Of a stretch of DNA of 64,000 bases, positions 35,916 to 48,002 are shown one piece after another. The position numbers were made by a program, and so were the translations under genes. The notes beneath the pieces were generated by a model, which saw only the letters and a list, made by a program, of their open reading frames with translations, was not told where the DNA came from and did not search any database. Every line of letters starts with the position of its first letter. Position 1 is the stretch's first letter. The stretch is from Bugula neritina (lineage: Eukaryota; Animalia; Bryozoa), in assembly GCA_964035545.1 (NCBI GenBank), contig OZ037768.1, positions 2,388,741 through 2,452,740 on the forward strand, written 5' to 3'.

Positions 35916-36363
35916 TCAGTAGCTGCTATCTAATAGGGTGTTCTCATGCATGTCATAAAAATAGTCATTGTGTTAAGCTAATCTTCAATTATTTGCTTTT
36001 TAATTTTTAGCTCGTGTCCTGCTGCTGTCTCCTGCTGCTTGTTTCGCTTTACTGCACTTCATAATAAAAATAATATAATTTTGTTTTTTATAGGTTGCCT
36101 GAAAAATGTTTGCTATTATCAATTTAATGGTGCGATTTAATGGTGCCCTTTAATGGTTTTTCAATATACCTTCACTACCAATTAATATGTTTAGCCATGA
36201 CTGGATGGTTATATAATTGTTTTCCCATCTTTTCAGATCATCCATCTCCTATCTGGAGACAGTTACATAAAAGCAATTAAAACTGCATTTGTCTGGTAAC
36301 AGGTTTGCTGTCGCTCATTTAGGTGAAACATTTCAGTGAGTGCCCGCAGTGTTTCCCTTCCCC

Positions 36364-39300
36364 ATGGAATTGCTCAACAAGTTTCAGGATTGGTTTTTCA
36401 ACAAAGAGTTTTGGTTGGCAGAAAATGTGACATGGAAAGACCTTGAGAATAATGCAGATGACGGAATATACAAAGCACAGCCAGCTGATCTCTGGGCGGT
36501 GTTTCCTACAGCCATTGCAATATTTATAGCACGACATTTATTTGAAAAGTATGTTTAACTCTTACAGCACTATTTCCTGATAAACTCAACTGAAATTCTT
36601 AGAATGTTGTATATAATTCATGAGAAGTGGAAATGGGTAGCTCTTATTACTTCAGTATCAGTAATAACTGAATGCTGTAAAGATTATCAGTGCTTTTTGA
36701 ATTATTCACGCAAATATCATTTTAAAAAACTGATAGGAAATAAATTGGCTCGTGAAGGTTAATAAACAATACCTATCTCATTATTCACTATAATTGTATG
36801 TCTGATTTAATTTGCACTTGTCAATTTGTTTCTCTTTGGTCATTGGGATATGACTTAAAATTTTTTCAAGTTTCTAGTTGATGTGGCATTGTTGTATTTG
36901 AAACTTGCTGTATTGCGCTTGTATCTGTTAGATTTGTTGTGCTTTAGTTTTGTCGCCAAACCGTTTGCTCAATATTATGGGGTATCTGAGAAGAAGGCGT
37001 ACGCTACTCCAAACCCCCATTTAGAAAGGATATATAGACAAAGTTCCTATCCAAGTCAACATGTAGTGGAGGTATGTAGTGCTGGTCCACACTTTATATA
37101 GTGGTGACTAGTTAGTAGTTGGCCACTGAGCTGTGACAGCTAAATACTATTTCAAGGTGCAGCAACTTACGTGTTTTATTTTTTAAACAGAAGAATCTAT
37201 CCCCCCCCCCCCCCCCCCCGTTAGGTAAATGCAGTTTGCAGGTAGATTGCAGTAGTGTAACACACTAAATCCTGAAAGTCTTTATTAGGTGTATTTTATC
37301 CTAAAGTCTTGTAAGTAGGAGATGTTTCACACCTGTAGCTTGTCTGCCAGTATTAACATATGATTCACGATATGCTTTCTCAGTCTCATTACCCTGCAAT
37401 ATAGGAGGTGGTCAAGCCCTGCATTGGTTAGGCAACTCCCAAATGAGTTGGAAACCACTTCTCCGTTGTTCTCATCTGTATTGCAATGCAATAAATCAGC
37501 ACTCATAATATTTTTGGAAGTTCATTTTTCATTTCAAATCTTTATGGTCAACATGAGCTTTGTGGTTGATCTACTGTATAACATGTATAGAGCTGTATGA
37601 ATGTGTAACATTTAGCAAGCTGTGAAACAGACCGACCTGACGGAAAAACAAGTGCAAAGGTGGCTCCGTCGTAGACGAAATCAGAGTCGCCCTACTGATA
37701 TGACGAAGTTTACAGAAACTGCGTAAGTTGTGTTTGTGTTTTGTTACTACTTATAGAATGTTCTTATCAGTTTGATAGATTCTTACTCCGTAGAGAGTAG
37801 AATGTAGGGATCACGTAATAATTCCTTAGATAACGTACCTGTGTTTTTATCAGCTTGGATTTGCATTAATTTTCACTCTAGGAGGTTATGTTATGGTATC
37901 AAAAACATTTCCCAGCAACTGCATCTAGACCTTGGTTTAAGTTGTTGAAGGGTAACTAATGTAAGAGGAAGTATTCAAGTTGAACTGGTCATTCCTTTTA
38001 ATATTTCACTTTTCTCAACAGCTCTTGTCATTTTAATAGACATGTATGCAAACATTGGTATGGAGTCATTATATAGGTCACATGGATATTATATAAGTGA
38101 CAGTAAAATAAATGACGTTGAACATTCATATCTCTTTCTTGTGGGTAATAATCTTGTCAGATTATATAATATATTGTTTTATCTGTGGAAGATGTGTAAT
38201 TGATATGCTATTGTTCTCTGCTACCAACTTGAATACTAGACTATGATAGGGTGTTATGTATTATGTTGTGTGTTCAGAACGCATTGTGTATTATACAATG
38301 TGTAGTATACAGTGTGTGCAGTGTGCAGCGTACACTGTGTAGTGTGCAGTGTGTACTATACAATGTGTAGTATACAGTGTGTATAGTATGTAGTATACAC
38401 TGTGTAATGTTCTGTGTGTAGTACAAAGTGTATTTATTAATATTATATTTTACAGATGGAGGTGTTTCTTCTATATTGCTATATTCATATACGGACTATG
38501 CACTCTCTACAATGTAAGTGTACTATACTGTATAGCTCATCACTCTATAATTACTACATAACTCAACAATATATTATCCAGCCATTCACTACCAACTCTG
38601 TAATTACAATGGCACTCCTTCCCTTCCACATTTTCCTTGTCCTCTACAGACATTATAAACTGATGAGTACTCCTATCCTATCCTACATTGTGAGACACAT
38701 ATTGTGTCTGATATGGAGGTGGCACTAATGAAGAAGCTATTTTATAGAGTAATATCTTCATTCATTTTTGTGGAACTTGAAACACTTTAGTTGTTGCAAG
38801 TCGCACTGCTTATGCTGGTTATGCTGGTAGTCATGATCTCACATAGGTTCAAAGTTTCACACTATTTATCCAAAAGCACAAGTGTTTTGGGCATACCTTT
38901 TCCATTCTGGACTCAACCTGTGTGATTTATATGCGAAGAATTTTGTCTTAAATTATTTGTATTAAACTGCTAAAATAAACCTCCCTGTTTCAGAAATCAT
39001 ATTTATGGGACGTCAAAGACTGCTGGAGGGGCCACCCTTTCCAGGTATTGTGTGTTTCCACATGTAGATGCAAATAACTAAGTAAAACTTGAGTTTTTCT
39101 CTTGGGTCGCTATTTGTCACATATATTGATGTACTGCCTTGTCTGTTATGTTGCTGTCAAGTTTAGTAAGTTTCTTGTAGATAGTTTGTAGTTTGCATAT
39201 GCGCTGTGCCTTTAGACTGCGTGTTTGTCATTGTAGCACGTGACAAATGATGTGTATTGGTATTACGTGGTAGAGATTGGCTTTTACGTCACTCTATTAT

Positions 39301-40828
39301 TTTCTCAATTTGCTGATGTCCAGAGGAAGGTAACTATGATTAGTTATTATATATTATACTTTAATATTTTGCCAATATAGTCTGGAATATTCCTTTTGGA
39401 ATTGAAATGATAAAATATGAGTATAATTATTACCAAACAAATGTTATACACCCTGGACATGGTATTAGTGTTGGTTATGTAAATAGCAGACCAACAAACT
39501 TGATTTGTTAGCCGAAAATCAAGTTGCAGATATTCCTATCAGCTTTACTGTCATGGCTCTTACTTAGTTTGCTGGCTACCTGTGTAGTGTACAGTGTAGT
39601 GTACTGTGTGTAGTGTACTGTGTGTAGTGTACTGTGTGTAGTATACAGTGTGTAGTGTACAGTGTAGTGTACAGTGTACTGTGTTTTGAACAGTATGTAG
39701 TATACTGTGTGTTGTACAGTGTGTAGTATACTGTAAATTATGGTGATTTTTACTGCAATGCAGAGATTGTTGAAACTACTTTTTCATTTTACAAACATGT
39801 GGTTGAATTCTGGTTGCAGGACTTCTGGGGGCAGTTTCTTCACCACATAGCTACCATATCATTGCTTTGTTTCTCTTGGTTTGTAAATTTTGTTCGGGTT
39901 GGCTCGCTGATACTGTGCCTCCACGACGCCGCAGACTACCTGCTGGAAGGAGCTAAACTTTTTAAATATCTCAACAAGAGGCTCCTCTGTGACATCACTT
40001 TTGGTATATTCACTCTGATGTGGGCTGTGACCAGACTTACTCTCTATCCCTACGTGTAAGTCATAGGATACTCGTCCTAATACCCTCGTAACACACTTAT
40101 ATTTCTAGAAAGTTCTGTGCACACTTGACACTTTGTGATGCCAACTGTTGAGGAATTATGTATCATACCGTGATTCTAGCTAAAAATGCTACAAGATTCA
40201 TCATTGTGACATCAGTGTATCTGTTTAGCAATATGGAAAAGCAATTTTTCACCATTTACATCGGCTATTAGTTACGGAATAGCCTTGCCATAGAATAATC
40301 ATAGTGCTGTGGGAGTTGTCTACTCTTTCTGTTTAACTTGCCATGTATGTTAGAAGTCATCTTCTATTTATAGAATACTCTGGACGACTATTGTGGATGC
40401 CAGTGCGATCGCCGGTTTCTCCACCGCTCTGTACGTGTTCAACTTCCTGCTGGGAATACTGCAAGTTCTTCATTGCTACTGGTTTGTGATGATCATGACT
40501 GTCGCCATCAGAGCCATCACTGCTGGAAAAGTAAGCACTTGTCACGTGACTTGTGGAGGGGGGGTTTGAGGTTTAGGGTAGTGAGTCCCCGGCAGGCCGG
40601 GGGGCTGCCCGGGGACTCACAATTCTTGATTGACTTTAAGATAAATGGCTACTAAGTTTGGTAAACATTATCTTAATTGTTAAAGAGTCTGCCATAGCGT
40701 GAAATCCCAGTTTTTTTTTCTCTCAGGTTGAGAAAGATGTGCGAAGTGCCAGTGAAGAATCTGACGATGATTCTGTGACCAATCACAGTCCAGATGTCAC
40801 TAACCAATCACAGTCCAGCAGTCACTAA
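36364..40828 (+). CDS. CERS: Ceramide synthase (LAG1/LASS family, homeodomain-containing CERS2-6/schlank type), ~370 aa, 9 coding exons
   Basis: Exons 36364-36548, 36948-37071, 37616-37722, 38456-38513, 38994-39044, 39237-39329, 39820-40055, 40374-40530, 40727-40828 (1113 nt in frame). FWLAENVTWKDL, Hox-like QVQRWLRRRRNQSRP, Lag1p motif RKDFWGQFLHHIATISL...RVGSLILCLHDAADYLLEGAK, C-terminal KDVRSASEES. Most similar in style to CERS5/6. Confidence 0.95.
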
Positions 40829-43800
40829 CCAATCACAGTCCTGCTGTCATTAACCAAGTCAACAGTTCTGGTCAATAAGATAGCTTTCCTTATCCATCTA
40901 GTGTTCCATTTGTTGTACATTCTCCATTATCTAATGTAATCATTATAACCTGCTCATACCATATCTATTCTAAATTACAACTAATATCAAGTATTATGTA
41001 TATTTATTCCTTAGTGAATAATACTCCTGTATCATTTTTCAGGCTTGTAGTTGTTATTTAATGCTGCCATTAACGTCAGCTAGTACTAGTTAGTTGATTA
41101 TTGACCTAAAATTGATTGTAAATATTGTAAGCGCTAACCAATGTAAAAAAAACTGAGCTCCAAAGTTGTCGGGTTCAATTGATTCTCACGGAATTACTAT
41201 TCCAGTCTGCACCGTATAAAAAGAATTCAACTGCAAAGAATTGATTTTTCATGTTTACATCCATTTGTTCTTATCATTTTTGTTCATCACTCGTTCATAT
41301 TCTTATTCTAAATGACCATTTGAAATGTTATGTTTTTTTTTCAAGTTGTATTATTTTGAAATTTGGTGCTGCTATAAGTCCTAACTTATATTTGCATCAT
41401 TTCTTGTAAATCCCTAGTTCTAAAATATACTAATTGACTAGCATGCCAGTCGGTACCTCTATAGCTCTTTGGTGGGTTTCTGCAATGTTCTTGCTGCAAC
41501 AAGTTATCTTAATGATAATGAATGATGCATAAATACAATGATACAATCAACAGCTCAGCTGCAGCACATTTCCTGTCAGCTAGTTACCACTCTGTGTACT
41601 AGGAGAATTCTCTAAACATTATGTCTCCAAGCATCTGGTGTAGCAGTTCGGTTGTCTTAGTTATACTAAAAACTCTCACCAACAGCTTGTAAGGTGTTTT
41701 CTTCATACTCTGCGGCTTTAAAATATTATATTAAATCCACTTGTACAGGAGAATACAACTTTGTATAAAGCCAACATTACTGCACATGGTAAACTTCAAT
41801 GTCGTACACTTAGTGTGTACATATTATGTTCAATAAATAAATGGATGTTAGTGAAAGTTGCAAAAATCGGTATCGCATAATTTGCTTGGCAGTTTTATGT
41901 CTGCTCACTAAGACCAAATAAATATTCTGTTTCCTTTGTCCATCAAGCAGCAACAGGTAGCAGATGGTGAATATTGCCTGTGCATAGATATTAGATAGAT
42001 AATAAATAGTCTACTTTAAATAATTTCTACATGCTGAGTTGCCTAAAACACCTACAGAAAGTTTGTCAAGCTGTGAAAAAGCTTTATGATCTACATTATA
42101 ATATTAATTAATATATAAAATAATGCAGTGTAGGACATTGCATATTTTATTAATGGCAGCACTATAACCGAATAATAAAATTGGAGAACTTTCAAAAACA
42201 TTCAATCAAACAACCAGTATTCAATTGTAAATATTGGGGCATTCATATGGTGAATATATTGAGCTATAAAATATTTTGAGTGTGCAGAAAGCTGTTTGAT
42301 AATAGTTGTTAGAATATTAGCTCATCAAGTCACTAGATACCATGTTTTTGTTTTTGTGCCTGCCAAGTTACATGCAACTCATAGACGCTAGAATCTAGAT
42401 GTTCAGTATGCTGTACGACATGGACTCTTTGCTGGTTGTAGAGTTGCTTTCCCATAATGCGTCGACGGATAAAATAATAATTGTGGCTTTGTTGGAAATG
42501 ACAACTACCAACTTGTGCAAGGCCAACGGCCAACATAATATTCACAGTAGCTGCATAATTATTATTATTATTAGTATTGTGGCTTTTTTATCCTTCCACC
42601 CAAGAACGTCTTCATTTTACGAAGTCAAATGAAGTTTTTTAATTTAAATTTCAAACCTTTTCGCACAATTTGTAGAGTATTAGCAAAAGCGGCTGATTAG
42701 AAATGTATCAAACGCAGAGATTTGCATTTGGCATTGCTATCACTAGGCCTAGTAGTTACTGTTAGTATTGGGTCTTGGGTATGTCAACATCAACTCATCA
42801 ACGTGAATATGAACTTGAGGTTCATCATAATCATTACGAACACGAGTGTTTAATTTAAAAAAAGAAATTAAAGTGAAATTTGCAAGTAAGATAGTGACAC
42901 CATGCTCGTGCAAGATGAAACGAACAAACCATACAATCACAATGTCAATGGCAATGTGCAACCCATAGCCATTGTGATTGTGATGGTTTGTCTAAATTCG
43001 AGACAAATAAAAATTGGCAGCAAAATTACCAACATCACGTTAATGCTAAAATAGATAAAATAATAATTCCGATGGTAAATGAATACATTATGATTAAATT
43101 CTAAGCTTGAAATAAAATTAAAATTGTCATCATAAATAATAATAAAATAATACTCAGCAATTATAAACTGTAGTACCCACAGTAACACTAACTACATTAT
43201 TTTCAGTCAAAATAATAGCAAATAATACTCAAGTAAATTTTAAAAAAAGTGCGTTACCAACATTCAAAAGCAACCAATAAATTACTGTTTGATGTAGTTG
43301 ATAAAATGTACAGTTATTAAAAGCTTATAATGCGATACTAAAAATTCTGTATAAACATAATCGTTGCTCTTTTTATTTTGCAACAGCTTTTAGTTTTATC
43401 ACTATATGTGCTGCGATTCAGCTCCACGTCTATTTTTACTAAAACAAATACCAGTAAAACTAAATAAAATTATATTGCACCTACATCACATAAAGGTATC
43501 TAAATTAAAGTTAACAATAATATGCACTAAGTCAAAAGTTTTACTTTTAGTAATTATATTTGTACTCTCATTCTATTAAAATAAACATATGATTTTAATT
43601 CAACTTAAACAGTTATCGTGTTGTAATTTTTAAAATCAATATGAATGTATGTAATACTAATAAAATTTAATTTACAAATAAAACTTAATATTGATAATAG
43701 TATTAATATATATAATTATATAAATAATTAATTTTAATGTTTTTACTAAAAAAAACCTCACAAACATTAACTTTAAAGATAAACTAATACTATTGAAGTA

Positions 43801-44260
43801 TTACATGTTTTTATTACTATTAATTATAAATTACTACTTATTAATGTTATTAATACCAGTAGCTTATGCAAAATTAAATATAGCTGCATTATGATGACAG
43901 TTACACACTGTAAATTTCAAATGAAAATAGTAAAAAAATACTTTTCAAGTTAATGTTTTAACCAATATTCTTCAACTAAATTTGATTTTGATTTCAACTG
44001 TGGATCACAGACTGTATAAAAAATAATTTAAAGAATTCAGGACTCACTTTACTTATACAATATCAAAGTAGTCTTATATATGTTGGCTTTCATGTACATA
44101 CTGTTTTAGAGTTGTATGCTCAAACAATTTAAATTTGTAATAACTTATGTGCTAAATTGATTTGGGATTTCTGGTTGCTTGTAAATAATGTTCCTGGTCG
44201 GCTTCAACTTTACCGCTATTTCAAAATAATTATAGTGCAATCTTGTTGCCTGCTATTCTA

Positions 44261-44820
44261 GTGATGTCATCCCAGATAGACACTTCCCAGTTAGACGCTA
44301 GGCTAAATTTTCCACTTAGACGCTTCCCACTTGGATGTTTCCCAGTTAGATGCTACTTATTTATATTGGTACAATATATATTTTATGTCCAACTTTTTTT
44401 AATATTATTTAAATATATATGTATATTTAAATAAAGCACGCATTGAGCACATAAATAAATTTCTTTGATATGCATTAACATATTTATTTTAAATATCTTT
44501 TGATTTTTTTGAACAGATATTTTGTTAATGAGTATTCATTGATTAAAGATAATGTTTATTATTAATATATCACTGTTTTTTGTCCCACACAAATCTATGA
44601 AAATTAAAATATTTTTCCAGATAATTCATGTTGGCTATTATAGTTATTACCATTTTTGCTATTTAGCAATGAATGCAACTGTTATATAGGTGTGTATATA
44701 GGTATATTATTATACAGTTATACGGCACCAAAATAAAAAATGGCGTCCAAGTGGGAAACATCTGAGTAAGAAATTTAGCCTATCGTCTAACTGAGAAGCG
44801 TCTATCGGGGATGAAACCAT
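44261..44820. mobile_element. MITE (~560 bp) with ~75-bp TIRs and an AT-rich core
   Basis: Left TCATCCCAGATAGACACTTCCCAGTTAGACGCTAGGCTAAATTT...CCCACTTGGA; right reverse-complemented TCATCCCCGATAGACGCTTCTCAGTTAGACGATAGGCTAAATTT...CCCACTTGGA; direct repeat (AT)TCTA on both flanks as a possible TSD. Confidence 0.82.
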
Positions 44821-45686
44821 TCTAACTGCTGCAATACACATGGCCTAATCTCTGGATTGGTGTAAAAGTTCAAAGTTTGAACTGAAATTTAAACTGTCCT
44901 CTGCCAACTTTGTTATCTCACCAAACTAGTTTTCAACCATTTTAAATATCTGAGCTGTTCCTGATTCTGGAAAGTATTCAAAATGCCAAGTTACAAAGAA
45001 ATCTTGCCCATTTGATTGCATATGATTTTTAGTAAAAATGAAACAAGTATAAATGGCACAAATAGAAAAGTAGATAAAATTGGCACTATTTCAATATTGT
45101 GGTGTTGGGGTAAAGGTTTGGAGTTTGGGGTGGAAAGTTTGTGATTGGGAGTTTGGGGTGATGGGCTTGGTTCAGGGTTTGAGAGTGGGAGTTTGAGAGG
45201 GGGGGGTTGTGATTTTTGGGTTAGGATATAGGTTTGGAAAAATTTAACATCAGTGTGCCATTTGTACCGACTTTTTCATTTGTGTCGTCATTACCCGTTT
45301 CATTTTTACCTGTGCTAGTTTATTTAAAATCATTTTTTTCTGTTTCTGGGGCTCCTCAAATGCATATATGTGGTATTTGGCGTATATCCCTTCTGGTTAT
45401 GCCACTCATTTTCTATACCATTCTGTTTTTTGTTAAAATAACTTAAGAATATATGTCTATAGATATATAACATGCCTGCTTTTTATAACCTTTTCTAAGC
45501 TGGTATTAAAATATTTTCTACTTTTAACTAAGAGGTTTTGTAAATTCCAATACATTACAATTACAACTCTACTAGTAGCAATCATTAAAAATAAAATGTC
45601 TCATTTGTAACATATGTACTTTTCCTTTGCAGGTTGTTGTAGAAATAGAATGAGATATTGACTCACAGATTTTCTCAGCTCATTAA

Positions 45687-47621
45687 ATGAATGAGTCTGA
45701 GCAATTCTTTAGAGCATTAGGTTTATGGAGCATCAACAGGCAAAATGTAACTCCATCCTGTCGCCCTTTGACAATTCAGGTGAATCTCAGAGCACATCAA
45801 CACACAAAGGAGTTAGTGCCATGGACCCCAAAGACACCATGTTCCATGCTGTCACCTCTAACCCCTAAGTTACATAACAGACAATTTGATTGGTATAATG
45901 CTTTTTATGACGAGGACAGTGAAATAAATGAAACGCCAAAGAAGCATGGCGTCAATGAGGCAAGATATATTGAAACTGATGATACAGCTTCATCTTTATT
46001 GAAAATTGATCTAGCTTCACCACTTGGTCAACGACTTTCACAAGCACTGGCATTGTTGCTCAATACTCATTTTAATCTAGTCACGGAATATGACAAGTAC
46101 TGTAATTCCGAACCACCGGTGGAGGACATTCGTGCACGACGCTCTTTACTTGGTATGAATGCAGTTCTCTAAATTAGAATTTTTGTCAAAACTAATTTTC
46201 GGGGTGTAAGTTTTTTAATTCAAAATTTCAAAATAAAAACATTTAAATTATAATTACTGCTTTAAACCGTTATGAATTTAGTGAAGGAGGGAATGGAATA
46301 TACTTAGCCTGGCTAAAGGCTAAATCACTTCAATTGTATAACCCAATATTAGCCAGTCAATAATTTATTTATTTAAATAATCAGCTTGTTATAATTAATA
46401 CTTTTCCTGGTAATCTATACACCTGACAATGTTTTGATTTATTTCTGTTAAAAAATATAGTTTGCAATTAAAAATGTGATGGGTAGAACAAACCAGTTTC
46501 AGAGTATTTGTTGCTAACTATGTGTTAAGACTAAATACCTTTTATTTGTATGTTTTCAGGAAAGGTGACATGTGTCTATAAAAGGCGGTATCGGCATCAA
46601 TATACCGATCGACCTTACATGTTTAGTGTAGTTGACAAAAGAGAACGTACTCGGCAGATTTACTATGGTGGATTAAATAAACGTTCACGTGTTCTTCATA
46701 AAAGCATGAGAAAATGCAGTGTTGTGTTGAAGAAGTTGGACACAAAGTATTTTACCACTGTAGATGGTAAATATGTTTGGATTATTATTTAGACTTAACT
46801 GTTCAAACATATATGATTGTGTGTCTTATTGTTTCCATGTAAACTGGATTGCTTGGGAAATGGATACTTGTAGATTTTTTAATATAAAGATTCTTGTTTA
46901 TTTATAAATATCAAGTTATAGGCATGTTTTGCACATTCATTTCAAAGCTCAAGGAAAAACAATTATCATTTCAGTAAATACCACCTCAGTTTTCTCAAAA
47001 CCTTAAATACCCTGCTGTTCTAAACAAGGTTCATCTCAACTGTTGAATGTTTGTGCTTGTTGTAGGAGTAAAAAGTATCAATTCTGGCTTAATAATTTAC
47101 TCTCCATATGTTAAACTGGTCCCATTACATTCATCGGTGCTTCCTAAAAGTTATGCCAAGGTAAGAACAACTTCTTTACCTGGAATTTAGGTGTCACTGG
47201 TTTTTAACCAAAATTTATTTTGCTTTCACAACTGACATGATATGTACTTTCAAAAGTTGGCAATTTATTTGAGCTTTTAGTTAAATAATTGTGAGGCGTA
47301 AATTATTTTGTTGAACTGCTATTTCCCTTTCCTTTCAAGTGTTGTAACTTTGTTCCATAGAGTTTGTCTAAAAATATGACAGCTGGAAATATAAATGAAA
47401 ACACTAACCAAGTATCACTTGCCACTCAATCTCATTCTGACGACTGCAACCTCACCGAACCTTCCAGTCGTGTTAGTTCTAAAAATGACAGCCCATCTGT
47501 CAACATTGCCGGCTCTCAAAACGATAATATCTTAAAACCGATCAGCCCCAATGAACCAGGCAATGTCAGAAAGTCAGCTCGAAGACGAGGAACTCCTCGC
47601 CGTCTCCTTCATAATATGTAG
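45687..47621 (+). CDS. Uncharacterised protein, ~342 aa, 4 coding exons; probably nuclear
   Basis: Exons 45687-46152, 46560-46766, 47066-47160, 47361-47621 join in frame through GT-AG junctions (1029 nt); AATAAA at 47763. No domain recognised. Confidence 0.75.
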
Positions 47622-48002
47622 TCATTATATTTTAGTTTAAATGCTTGCTAATTACATTTGTTTTTATGCCTAACTTATTTGTATGTATATTATGCATGTG
47701 GTAATACTGCTCATTGTTTTATACTGGTGTCATTTTTTACTTAACAAATTTATTATGTGCAAAATAAAAGAATTTTTATAATCAAAATTATTTTTCCAAA
47801 GCAAAATTCCTTTGCAAAACACATAACATTTTGAAGCAATAATGTATCATTCTGTTCTAGCATAAGAAGAATTCTAAGAAATAGAAAAGATTACAATTAG
47901 AATAAATTATATAAATAAAAAAATTCAAATGCAAAAGATTGAAAACACTACAGTAACTGCATAATTTGTGCTGAACCAGTATATTGATTCATTCAGAAGG
48001 GC

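Noticed and set aside
45105-45232. G-rich GGGAGTTTGGGG-type tract resembling telomeric repeat
   Set aside because: No TTAGGG or TTAGG array; degenerate low-complexity sequence.
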